NCBI GenBank assembly: GCA_000503915.1
Contig: CP006915.1
Span: 90,001 to 122,000 of the forward strand
Reading direction: 5' to 3'
DNA: 32,000 nt
Origin: Candidatus Saccharimonadota bacterium
GTDB lineage: Bacteria; Patescibacteriota; Saccharimonadia; Saccharimonadales; Saccharimonadaceae
In this document: in pieces, positions 16,455-24,537 of the stretch
Position numbering within the stretch: the first letter of the stretch is position 1
Layout of the letters: each line of letters starts with the position of its first letter
The notes under the pieces: model-generated
Told to the model about the DNA's origin: nothing
Databases searched by the model: none
Seen by the model: only the letters and a program-made list of their open reading frames with translations
Program-made: the position numbers and the translations under genes

Positions 16455-17987
16455 ATGACAGCAGTAGACTACAAAAAGCAGCTCGGTAAGCTCATTCAGC
16501 AGAACAGGCGACTCCGTCACATGACTCAGGCCGAGCTCGCTCGTGAGCTGGAAACGTCACAAAGTGCGATCAACCGCATTGAAAAGGGTGGCCAAAATAT
16601 CAGTATCGAGATGTTGGCGCGTATCAGCGAGGTGCTTTCCTGCAACCTTGTCATGCTCAATAATACAGGGAAAACTAACTTTAAAATCCGCGGCGGCAAG
16701 CGACTGTCTGGAAGTATCGAAGTAAAGACCAGCAAGAATGCGGCCGTCGGCCTGCTTTGTGCCAGCCTGCTCAACAAAGGCAAGACAACCCTACACCGCG
16801 TGGCACGCATCGAAGAAGTTAATCGTATCATTGAAGTTCTCGAAAGTATCGGCGTTAAAGTTCGTTGGCCGGAGTCAGGCGACCTCGAGATTATACCACC
16901 AGCGAGATTACAGCTGGATCGTATGAATATCATTGCCGCCAAACGCACACGTACGGTCATCATGTTTCTTGGGCCACTACTTCATCAATATAGTGATTTT
17001 AAAATCCCGTTTGCAGGTGGCTGTAGCCTCGGTACGCGTACCGTCGAGCCACATCTGGTCGGTCTGAGCCAATTTGGCATGGATGCCGTCGCACATGCCG
17101 GAACCGACTACTACCAGGTAACGGTCGCCGAGAAAGCGCCGTCAAAAGCAATTGTCCTCACTGAGCGTGGTGACACCGTGACCGAAAATATCATTATGGC
17201 AGCAGCGCTGTACGACGGTGAGACGGTTATTCGTAATGCTAGTCCGAATTATATGGTGCAGGATGTGTGTTTCTTTTTGCAGAAACTTGGTGTTGAGATA
17301 GACGGCATCGGTACCACAACGCTCCGCATCAGAGGCAAACGACACATCAACCAAACGGTTGACTACTACCCAAGCGAAGACCCGATCGAAGCAATGAGCC
17401 TGATAGCCGCCGGTATTGTGACGAATTCAGAGATTACCGTAAAGCGTGTGCCGATCGAGTTTGTTGAGCTTGAGCTTGCCGTACTGGAAGGTATGGGTCT
17501 TCAGTATGAGTTATCTGACGAATACGTGGCACGTAATGGCCAGACCCGCCTGGTCGATATCAGCCTGAAACACTCGAAGTTGGTCGCTGCCAAAGATAAA
17601 CTTCACAGTATGCCCTTTCCTGGCGTCAATATGGACAACTTGCCCTTCCTTGGCTTGGTCGCGACTGTCGCAAAAGGCCGCACACTGCTGCACGACTGGA
17701 GCTATGAGAATCGCGCCATTTACTTTACCGAACTAGCGAAGCTCAACGCCAACGTTGAGTTGGTCGACCCGCACCGCGTCTACCTAACTGGTCCGACCAA
17801 ATGGAAGCCGGCTGATATCATCGCGCCGCCCGCCTTGCGCCCCTCGGTCGTCATTCTCATCGCCATGCTAGCCGCACCTGGCACCTCAGTCTTACGCGAC
17901 ATCTACTCGATTAACCGCGGCTATGAAGACCTCGCCAGCCGTCTCAACACCCTTGGCGCCGACATCGAAACTGTCCAAGATATCTAG
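16455..17987 (+). CDS. murA: XRE-type HTH domain fused to UDP-N-acetylglucosamine 1-carboxyvinyltransferase (MurA)
   Basis: N-terminal ~65 aa are LRHMTQAELARELETSQSAINRIEKGGQNISIEMLARISEVL (HTH_3 pattern). A full MurA/EPSP-synthase fold follows: KIRGGKRLSGSIEVKTSKNAA and the catalytic-Cys loop AGGCSLGTRTVEPH. Confidence 0.85.
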   Translation: MTAVDYKKQLGKLIQQNRRLRHMTQAELARELETSQSAINRIEKGGQNISIEMLARISEVLSCNLVMLNNTGKTNFKIRGGKRLSGSIEVKTSKNAAVGLLCASLLNKGKTTLHRVARIEEVNRIIEVLESIGVKVRWPESGDLEIIPPARLQLDRMNIIAAKRTRTVIMFLGPLLHQYSDFKIPFAGGCSLGTRTVEPHLVGLSQFGMDAVAHAGTDYYQVTVAEKAPSKAIVLTERGDTVTENIIMAAALYDGETVIRNASPNYMVQDVCFFLQKLGVEIDGIGTTTLRIRGKRHINQTVDYYPSEDPIEAMSLIAAGIVTNSEITVKRVPIEFVELELAVLEGMGLQYELSDEYVARNGQTRLVDISLKHSKLVAAKDKLHSMPFPGVNMDNLPFLGLVATVAKGRTLLHDWSYENRAIYFTELAKLNANVELVDPHRVYLTGPTKWKPADIIAPPALRPSVVILIAMLAAPGTSVLRDIYSINRGYEDLASRLNTLGADIETVQDI

Positions 17988-17994
17988 CCCGGCA

Positions 17995-18097
17995 ATCTCT
18001 CGGTATCCTTCTGAGACAGACTAAAGGCGAAACGTGAGGTGCGGTATAACTAATAACCACACCGAAAGTGGTCTGTCGAAGAAGTGGTCCGAGAGAT
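17995..18097 (+). ncRNA. unassigned structured RNA-like element, copy 2 (core 18013-18080)
   Basis: The core shares its first 22 and last 17 nt identically with copy 1. The outer helix has a different sequence (ATCTCTCGG/CCGAGAGAT plus CTTC/GAAG). It begins 8 nt after the murA stop. Confidence 0.55.
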
Positions 18098-18124
18098 GAA
18101 CCGCTAGCTCTTCCCTCTCTGTTA

Positions 18125-18133
18125 TGCTACAAT
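18125..18133 (+). promoter_or_regulatory. extended -10 (TGCTACAAT) for the tRNA-His/tRNA-Gly pair
   Basis: 12 nt upstream of tRNA-His G-1. Confidence 0.45.
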
Positions 18134-18145
18134 TATCAACTGTAC

Positions 18146-18221
18146 GGCGAGAGTAGTTCAATGGTTAGAACGTCGGGTTGTGGCTCCGAAGACGAGGGTT
18201 CAATTCCCTTCTCCCGCCCCA
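18146..18221 (+). tRNA. tRNA-His(GUG) with encoded G-1 and CCA
   Basis: G GCGAGAG TA GTTC AATGGTTA GAAC G TCGGG TTGTGGC TCCGA AGAC GAGGG TTCAATT CCCTT CTCCCGC C CCA. There is one A-C mismatch in the acceptor. Confidence 0.85.
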
Positions 18222-18224
18222 TAT

Positions 18225-18299
18225 GCGGGTGTCGTATAATGGCTAATATATCTGCCTTCCAAGCAAATGATGCGAGTTCGATTCTCGCCACCCGCACCA
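18225..18299 (+). tRNA. tRNA-Gly(UCC), CCA encoded
   Basis: GCGGGTG TC GTAT AATGGCTA ATAT A TCTGC CTTCCAA GCAAA TGAT GCGAG TTCGATT CTCGC CACCCGC A CCA. Confidence 0.85.
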
Positions 18300-18384
18300 A
18301 AATAATTACTCCAGCTTGTCTGGGGTTATTATTTTGGTATAGGTTGTGTGGATTGTACTTGCATCAGCGAGCGCCAGCGAGCCG

Positions 18385-18478
18385 GATGCGAGTTCGGTGA
18401 AGTGCAGCGAAATTCTGGAAAAGCTTGCTTTTGCCAGAATGAGCAAGCGGAAGTTACAATGCAACATTCTCGCCACCC
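18385..18478 (+). repeat. split duplicate of the tRNA-Gly 3' region
   Basis: GATGCGAGTTCG (18385-18396) and ATTCTCGCCACCC (18466-18478) together equal tRNA-Gly 18269-18293. A 69-nt insert interrupts them exactly within the T-loop. Confidence 0.7.
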
Positions 18479-18581
18479 TAAGTCGCAGCTGGTATAATCA
18501 GGTTGTTCTTCAGCGAGAATACATTGACTACAGGGGTAACCTTACAGTCTGGTTCGTTAACATCTATCCTTAGGAGAAGTC

Positions 18582-20144
18582 ATGTTAAGCATTAGGCGAT
18601 ACATGTTGCCTGGATTATCATTAATCCTTGCATCACTCGTGTTTCCTATCATGTTTTCAACTGGTGCTTATGCCGTGTCTCAATACGACAACGCCTACAA
18701 CCATGTAGATCAGCTGAAAATCGTACAAAACAACTACAACGGTGTTACCTGCGACCCTCTCGACATCACCATGACGTACCAGTCGTATTTGAATAACTCT
18801 GCGAAATGGTACCCGACTACCAGTGCCTTTGCTACAACCATGCAAGCATACAAAAGCTCCTTTGCTCAGGCACGCCAAGCAGGGTCATGGACAGTCAGTG
18901 TCGTATTAGTAAACGACGGAAGTGGTGGCTATACGTCGATAGTGAGAATTAACTGGTTCGAAGATGACCCTGGCAAGCTTGTCTTCAAGGGCACATCACC
19001 TAATACGCAAGTTGAATACCAATCCACTACAGATACCCAGGGACACTATGCATTCATATCGACGATTGATTTTGCACGTCCCTATGGATCGACAGATGCT
19101 GGAAATTGCACTCCTCATGTTTACGCAGTCGGTGACTTCGTAGCTAACGCCAACGAGGAAACCTACGCAGTTGTTTCTACTGAAGGTGCATTTTCTTGGA
19201 CGCCAACCAGCTCATCAGAAATGGGACACTGGGCAAACCTATTTGCTACAAGCACAAATGTTCAGTATCCTACAGGGTATGAAGGAGCGGCTATTTCAGC
19301 CAACTCACCCACGGCCACGTATGTGGCTATGGGTGATTCATTCTCAAGCGGTGAAGGGAACCCTCCATTTGAGTATGGAACGGACTCAGCTTCAGACAAG
19401 TGCCACCGAAGTCCCAATGCATACCCACGTTTACTGCAGAGTGATTCCAGCCTCAGTCTTGGATCAACTGCCTTCGTGGCGTGTTCGGGAGCAACAACCG
19501 ATGATGTCTTAAATGGCGGAAGCGGTGCGGGCAACTGGGGTGAAGGTCCGCAGGTGGATGCATTGTTATCAGACACGGAGGTTGTCACGATTACGATAGG
19601 AGGAAACAATATCAAGTTCGCTGAGTTTGCACATGCTTGCCTGTTTGGGAGCTGCAACAGCTCATCCGATGAGTACCAGGAGTCCTGGGACGTCATGACG
19701 GATTTGACACGGAGCGACTACTTGCCAAGCCAGCTTGACTCTCTCTTTTCGGATATCGCTTTTCACCTCTGGCAAAATACAAGTGTCAAGGTCTATGTCG
19801 TCGGCTACCCCTATGTGATCACACAGGCGTCCTGGAACGACAGGGGAGTCGGAATTTGTTCCGATTTTGACGAGGATGAAGCAATAGCTGCCGAAACTAT
19901 TGTCTCGAAACTTGACACCGTCATCGAGACTGCTGTGACAGATTTTGACGACTCACGATTTGTTTACGTAGATCCGCTAGCGACAGGAAGCCCATTCCTA
20001 GGCCACGAACTCTGCAGAAACGGATCATATTTCAACGGGATTGAGACGTCAGGCGCACTCGGCGGTGACGACGCTTACGTCTTCCACCCGGATACTAATG
20101 GTCAGCAAGCATATGCCGACTTGATTAGGAGCTACATGAGCTAG
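18582..20144 (+). CDS. secreted protein: unknown N-terminal domain + C-terminal SGNH/GDSL hydrolase, paralog 1
   Basis: Signal peptide ...FSTGAYA|VS. SGNH blocks AMGDSFSSGEG, ACSGATT, TIGGNN and FHPD..G. SD TAGGAGAA upstream. Confidence 0.85.
   Translation: MLSIRRYMLPGLSLILASLVFPIMFSTGAYAVSQYDNAYNHVDQLKIVQNNYNGVTCDPLDITMTYQSYLNNSAKWYPTTSAFATTMQAYKSSFAQARQAGSWTVSVVLVNDGSGGYTSIVRINWFEDDPGKLVFKGTSPNTQVEYQSTTDTQGHYAFISTIDFARPYGSTDAGNCTPHVYAVGDFVANANEETYAVVSTEGAFSWTPTSSSEMGHWANLFATSTNVQYPTGYEGAAISANSPTATYVAMGDSFSSGEGNPPFEYGTDSASDKCHRSPNAYPRLLQSDSSLSLGSTAFVACSGATTDDVLNGGSGAGNWGEGPQVDALLSDTEVVTITIGGNNIKFAEFAHACLFGSCNSSSDEYQESWDVMTDLTRSDYLPSQLDSLFSDIAFHLWQNTSVKVYVVGYPYVITQASWNDRGVGICSDFDEDEAIAAETIVSKLDTVIETAVTDFDDSRFVYVDPLATGSPFLGHELCRNGSYFNGIETSGALGGDDAYVFHPDTNGQQAYADLIRSYMS
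18712..19345 (+). repeat. 634-bp block identical to 22404-23037
   Basis: The in-frame translation and the out-of-frame/antisense track ORFs are the same in both copies. Flanks on both sides are clearly diverged. Confidence 0.85.
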
Positions 20145-20167
20145 TGACTTACCATCGCTGAAGAACA

Positions 20168-20192
20168 ATACCCTCAGGTTTCCTGAGGGTAT
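20168..20192 (+). terminator. stem-loop after SGNH paralog 1 (no clear U-tract)
   Basis: ATACCCTCAGG ttt CCTGAGGGTAT. Confidence 0.45.
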
Positions 20193-20240
20193 CTTCAATC
20201 TGTGATATATTAACTTACGTAATGTGGTAAACTTACTTAT

Positions 20241-20729
20241 ATGACCAGTAAAAAGGTTTTTCCAAAACAAAAATCCAGACTAAAATCATTTAACGCTGTC
20301 TATAGTTTAGTGTTTATCATTTCTTTTTTTGTGATCTATTTAATTAGTCTTTTCCTGCCGTTCGCTAGTGGATACGCTGCTTTCCCTCTCAAGATTATCC
20401 AATGTGGTCATCAGCCATATATAACAAGTAATTTCATGGGAGACTACACCTATACCAAGCCGGGTGATGGACTATACGCGGGACCAGATATTTTTACACA
20501 GGGCAGTGATCTGTATTGCAATAAGCAAGATGTGGAGGAGCGAGGATACAGTTTACATTCTCGTCCTGAAAGGTGCCATACTAATGCGGATCAACTGACA
20601 GAATGTGCTAGCGGAGGTGATGGGTACTGGTCTATATTTACATTCGTTATGATAATAATCGTAATTTCTTTAGCAATAGCTTACCTGCTGACACCTAATT
20701 TACTCAAAGCAAAGCTCAAAAAGATTTAA
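20241..20729 (+). CDS. hypothetical membrane-anchored protein (N- and C-terminal TM helices, 4-Cys exposed domain)
   Basis: 162-aa ORF, AT-rich. TGGTAAACT lies 7 nt upstream of the ATG. Confidence 0.65.
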   Translation: MTSKKVFPKQKSRLKSFNAVYSLVFIISFFVIYLISLFLPFASGYAAFPLKIIQCGHQPYITSNFMGDYTYTKPGDGLYAGPDIFTQGSDLYCNKQDVEERGYSLHSRPERCHTNADQLTECASGGDGYWSIFTFVMIIIVISLAIAYLLTPNLLKAKLKKI

Positions 20730-20730
20730 A

Positions 20731-20775
20731 GTTGCGAAGTGGGTCGGTGAGAGGGCACCACAGCATGAGCGTTAT
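20731..20775 (+). repeat. cassette-boundary repeat, copy A
   Basis: GTTGCGAAGTGGGTCGGTGAGAGGGCACCACAGCATGAGCGTTAT. It starts 2 nt after the stop of 20241-20729. Confidence 0.85.
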
Positions 20776-20785
20776 AAAAGAACTA

Positions 20786-21264
20786 CTAGCGAGAATGCTC
20801 GCGGAGATTGTTTATTAGCAGAACTGGCTGGTTAGTATTTATATGGCTACGTATATTTACCTTTTGTAGGAAATCCGGAAGCAAATCGCTTGTTGCAGGA
20901 TCGATGAACGACACACGAGTAAGCTCACGGCCATGGCTAGTTGCGGATAAATCTATATCACGCTGAAAATCCGCCGTATTTGTGACATGGAATAATAGTT
21001 CCATTTTTTCCGATTGTTTACCATTCCTGTGTGTAAAGATAAATTGCTGCATAAATAACAGTCGTCCAATTTTTGGTTTAATACCTAGTTCTTCTTCAAA
21101 CTCTCGGATCAGCCCGTCATTGAGAGATTCGCCAGATCTAAGCCTCCACCAGGAATTGCCCAAAAATCTGACTCTCCGTTCGTATCTCTATCGCGATGCT
21201 TTACCGCAAAAACATGACCGCTCTCGTCGACTACAATGCCACGTACATTAATTCGTCGTTCCAT
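20786..21264 (-). pseudogene. Nudix hydrolase interrupted by a 1-nt frameshift
   Basis: Frame a reads MERRINVRGIVVDESGHVFAV...FWAIPGGGL. Frame b continues ...SGESLNDGLIREFEEELGI. Together they make a Nudix box. The frames switch within 21134-21144. Confidence 0.7.
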
Positions 21265-21299
21265 TGCTTGAATTATACCATGGAGGCTTAGTCGAGAAA

Positions 21300-21344
21300 G
21301 TTGCGAAGTGCGTCGGTGAGGGGGCACCAAGCATAAGCATTATC
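21300..21344 (+). repeat. cassette-boundary repeat, copy B
   Basis: GTTGCGAAGTGCGTCGGTGAGGGGGCACCAAGCATAAGCATTATC. Confidence 0.85.
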
Positions 21345-21346
21345 AT

Positions 21347-21372
21347 CTCTGTTAATTCAGAGTTTTTGTTTT
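21347..21372 (+). terminator. terminator-like hairpin directly after repeat B
   Basis: CTCTG ttaatt CAGAG followed by TTTTTGTTTT. There is no plus-strand CDS upstream of it. Confidence 0.4.
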
Positions 21373-21390
21373 ATTTGATATGATTGAAGT

Positions 21391-22128
21391 ATGACCGAGT
21401 TACTCTATTTAGCTAATTTCAATGTCGAAATGTGTGAAGCAGAGGTTATTGCAATTGATACTCTCGAAGATGGACGTAGTGATGTAATTCTCGATAAGAC
21501 CTGCTTCTACCCTAGAGGCGGTGGACAAGATTGGGATAAAGGTGAAATCCTTAGCGGCAACTCTTACTTTGACATAGACGAGACTCGATTAGATGAAACG
21601 GGCACTGTGCACCATATTGGTCACTTCACGAGTGGAATGTTCAACGTTAGGAACCAAGTTTCCGGTAAAGTTGATCACGATCGCCGATTAATTAATACAC
21701 GCCTACACTCGGCCGGCCATGTCATCGATATGGCGATTAATAGTCTTGAGCTAGACTGGATAGCCACAAAAGGTCAGCACTATCCAGATTTATCTGCTGT
21801 GGAATATCACGGCACTTGGCAGCCAGAACAAGCTGAGAAGCTAAAATCTGGTATTGAGTCTCGCGTTAATGAATTCATCCGTGGAGCTACGGATAATGAG
21901 CTGAGGTTTATGCCGGTTGAGGAAATGCACACAATTTGCCGTCATGTACCCGATAATATTCCAAAAAACAAACCGGGGCGAGTTGTTGTCTACGCTGATA
22001 ATTTTGGTATTCCTTGTGGTGGCACTCATGTGAAAAACTTGCAAGAAATCGGACTAGTCAAGATACCCAAGCTGAAAGAGAAAAAAGGCGTGATTCGAGT
22101 TACTTACACAGTTGATGAAATTAATTAA
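21391..22128 (+). CDS. alanyl-tRNA editing protein (AlaX-like, tRNA synthetase second additional domain)
   Basis: HxxxH (RLHSAGHVID) and CxxxH (CGGTHV) zinc motifs, 245 aa. Confidence 0.75.
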   Translation: MTELLYLANFNVEMCEAEVIAIDTLEDGRSDVILDKTCFYPRGGGQDWDKGEILSGNSYFDIDETRLDETGTVHHIGHFTSGMFNVRNQVSGKVDHDRRLINTRLHSAGHVIDMAINSLELDWIATKGQHYPDLSAVEYHGTWQPEQAEKLKSGIESRVNEFIRGATDNELRFMPVEEMHTICRHVPDNIPKNKPGRVVVYADNFGIPCGGTHVKNLQEIGLVKIPKLKEKKGVIRVTYTVDEIN

Positions 22129-22133
22129 TCACA

Positions 22134-22177
22134 GTTGCGAAGTGTATCGGTGAGGGGCATAAGTATAAGCGTTCTAG
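22134..22177 (+). repeat. cassette-boundary repeat, copy C
   Basis: GTTGCGAAGTGTATCGGTGAGGGGCATAAGTATAAGCGTTCTAG. It starts 5 nt after the alaX-like stop. Confidence 0.85.
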
Positions 22178-22273
22178 TATATGATATAATCAATTCGTTC
22201 TTCAGCGACGCTCCATAACCTCGAAGAAGAATCTGAGGTTTACGTTCATTAACAATCTGTCTTAGGAGAAATC

Positions 22274-23776
22274 ATGCTAAATGTTAGGCGATATGTGGTA
22301 TTGGGACTATCGCTCATTCTCTCGCTACTCGTATTACCTGCCCTGTTTTCAACTGGTGCATATGCCGCATCTCCATACGACAACGCTTACAATCATGTTG
22401 GCGAGCTGAAAATCGTACAAAACAACTACAACGGTGTTACCTGCGACCCTCTCGACATCACCATGACGTACCAGTCGTATTTGAATAACTCTGCGAAATG
22501 GTACCCGACTACCAGTGCCTTTGCTACAACCATGCAAGCATACAAAAGCTCCTTTGCTCAGGCACGCCAAGCAGGGTCATGGACAGTCAGTGTCGTATTA
22601 GTAAACGACGGAAGTGGTGGCTATACGTCGATAGTGAGAATTAACTGGTTCGAAGATGACCCTGGCAAGCTTGTCTTCAAGGGCACATCACCTAATACGC
22701 AAGTTGAATACCAATCCACTACAGATACCCAGGGACACTATGCATTCATATCGACGATTGATTTTGCACGTCCCTATGGATCGACAGATGCTGGAAATTG
22801 CACTCCTCATGTTTACGCAGTCGGTGACTTCGTAGCTAACGCCAACGAGGAAACCTACGCAGTTGTTTCTACTGAAGGTGCATTTTCTTGGACGCCAACC
22901 AGCTCATCAGAAATGGGACACTGGGCAAACCTATTTGCTACAAGCACAAATGTTCAGTATCCTACAGGGTATGAAGGAGCGGCTATTTCAGCCAACTCAC
23001 CCACGGCCACGTATGTGGCTATGGGTGATTCATTCTCGAGCGGCGAAGGTAATCCAGCATTTGAAGCAGGAACCGACACCAACGACGCCAACGAGTGTCA
23101 TCGGAGTTCGCAGGCATATCCGCACCTCCTTCAGAACATATCGAGTTTGAATCTGGGAACGATGGCATTCGTAGCGTGTTCGGGAGCAACGACAGCAAAT
23201 GTCCTCTACGGAGGTACGTCTGATGGCAACTGGGGTGAAGGCCCCCAAGTGGACGCACTGTCTTCAGACACTGAAGTTGTCACGATCACGATTGGCGGTA
23301 ACGACGCGGGGTTCCAGGAATACCTTCAGGGGTGCGTTATAGCTCCCTGTGGCCCCTCTACGGTTACGTACAACGCGATGATTGATCTGATAGATTCCTC
23401 ATCATTCTTGAGTAATCTTGAAACGACGTATGAAGAGATCCTGGATGGTGCCACATCTACTAATGTGTACGTGATCGACTACCCCTACTTGACGGCAGAC
23501 GATGCCGGATACTGCGGGGTGATCGATTTCTCGGGCGCAAGGGACATTCAGGTAGCACTGAATTCAACAATTGCGCTAGCAGTAGCAAACGTGAGAGCTG
23601 GATCTACCGACTACAGTGACAGGCTGCACTACGTCTCCACCAATTACACGGGGAGTCCGTTCGAAGGACAGCACCTATGCAACGGTGGTACGTCCGACTT
23701 CGGCAGCACTACCTTCCACCCCAACGTTCTCGGACACACTCATTACGCGGAGGTGGTAGCTGCAGCCATCGAGTAA
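22274..23776 (+). CDS. secreted protein: unknown N-terminal domain + C-terminal SGNH/GDSL hydrolase, paralog 2
   Basis: Signal peptide ...FSTGAYA|AS. AMGDSFSSGEG, ACSGATT, TIGGND and FHPNVLGH. Confidence 0.85.
   Translation: MLNVRRYVVLGLSLILSLLVLPALFSTGAYAASPYDNAYNHVGELKIVQNNYNGVTCDPLDITMTYQSYLNNSAKWYPTTSAFATTMQAYKSSFAQARQAGSWTVSVVLVNDGSGGYTSIVRINWFEDDPGKLVFKGTSPNTQVEYQSTTDTQGHYAFISTIDFARPYGSTDAGNCTPHVYAVGDFVANANEETYAVVSTEGAFSWTPTSSSEMGHWANLFATSTNVQYPTGYEGAAISANSPTATYVAMGDSFSSGEGNPAFEAGTDTNDANECHRSSQAYPHLLQNISSLNLGTMAFVACSGATTANVLYGGTSDGNWGEGPQVDALSSDTEVVTITIGGNDAGFQEYLQGCVIAPCGPSTVTYNAMIDLIDSSSFLSNLETTYEEILDGATSTNVYVIDYPYLTADDAGYCGVIDFSGARDIQVALNSTIALAVANVRAGSTDYSDRLHYVSTNYTGSPFEGQHLCNGGTSDFGSTTFHPNVLGHTHYAEVVAAAIE
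22404..23037 (+). repeat. 634-bp block identical to 18712-19345
   Basis: See the partner feature. The offset is exactly 3692 nt. Confidence 0.85.
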
Positions 23777-23798
23777 TTTTAGAATCACTGAAGAATAT

Positions 23799-23822
23799 CC
23801 CCCGGCTCGGGCCGGGGGTTTT
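23799..23822. terminator. rho-independent terminator after SGNH paralog 2
   Basis: CCCCCGGC tcgg GCCGGGGG TTTT. Confidence 0.7.
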
Positions 23823-23826
23823 CAAT

Positions 23827-24138
23827 TTAAATAAGTAACATCCGTACAAGGTGTGTTAGCAGAAAACCTACAACTACAGCTCCAAAGCCGATAGCTATAG
23901 CTTGAGTTAAGCCTGCTGGGGTTTTTGTAGTTAAACGAGTTGAATACGTATATGTGATAAATCCGCCGCATGCCAGCAATATTATTAATTCTGTCACTAG
24001 TCCCCCGGCTGACGGTAAAGGAGAATAAGATTGATCATTCGATAAGAATACGCCAAGTCCAATAGCAGCGATAAGGAGAACAACAAGGCTAATAATTATG
24101 TTGTTACTTTGTTTAGATTGTGTGGTATTTTTCATCAT
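23827..24138 (-). CDS. hypothetical small membrane protein (3 TM helices)
   Basis: 103-aa hydrophobic ORF. TGCTAATAT lies 6 nt upstream of the ATG. Confidence 0.6.
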   Translation of the reverse strand: MMKNTTQSKQSNNIIISLVVLLIAAIGLGVFLSNDQSYSPLPSAGGLVTELIILLACGGFITYTYSTRLTTKTPAGLTQAIAIGFGAVVVGFLLTHLVRMLLI

Positions 24139-24189
24139 ATCTATATATTAGCATAGCCTTTATAGTTTACCTGTCTATTATTCCATCGT

Positions 24190-24233
24190 GTTGCGAAGTG
24201 TGCTGGCGAGGAGACACCAAGCTGCTTATGCTT
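24190..24233 (+). repeat. cassette-boundary repeat, copy D (most diverged)
   Basis: GTTGCGAAGTGTGCTGGCGAGGAGACACCAAGCTGCTTATGCTT. Confidence 0.75.
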
Positions 24234-24255
24234 AATAACCTCTGGGAGGTTATTT
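24234..24255 (+). terminator. hairpin directly after repeat D
   Basis: AATAACCTC tgg GAGGTTATT then T: a perfect 9-bp stem. Confidence 0.4.
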
Positions 24256-24269
24256 GATATAATCAGCAT

Positions 24270-24536
24270 ATGAAATATAGAACTATAAAGTTTGCACGGA
24301 TATCTTTAGCGGCTCTAGCCATTATTCTTGGTCTGCTATTTGTCCTTGGGTTTGCGAAAGACATATCGCATGAACGATGTAGCGGCCTTATGGGTGTAGA
24401 AACATCTTGTGTAGAGCAATATGCCATCATGCCATTAATAGTCATCGGTTTACCTCTTGGCGCTCTCTTTGTAGCAATACTTCTCACGGAGTACATGTCT
24501 AAAGATAATCAGAAGAAACCCAAAAAGCGTCGTTAG
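24270..24536 (+). CDS. hypothetical small membrane protein (2 TM helices, basic tail)
   Basis: 88-aa ORF. TGATATAAT lies 6 nt upstream of the ATG. Confidence 0.6.
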   Translation: MKYRTIKFARISLAALAIILGLLFVLGFAKDISHERCSGLMGVETSCVEQYAIMPLIVIGLPLGALFVAILLTEYMSKDNQKKPKKRR

Positions 24537-24537
24537 A

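Noticed and set aside
18346-18573. 75-aa plus-strand ORF between tRNA-Gly and SGNH paralog 1.
   Set aside because: It spans the tRNA-fragment duplicate, a hairpin, and the SGNH promoter and leader. It has no RBS. The region is better explained as non-coding.
21265-21330. Longer start for the Nudix gene (MVPPHRRTSQLS...).
   Set aside because: The extension is simply the reverse translation of repeat copy B. MERRINVRGIVV... is the normal Nudix N-terminus and has a -10 box 7 nt upstream.
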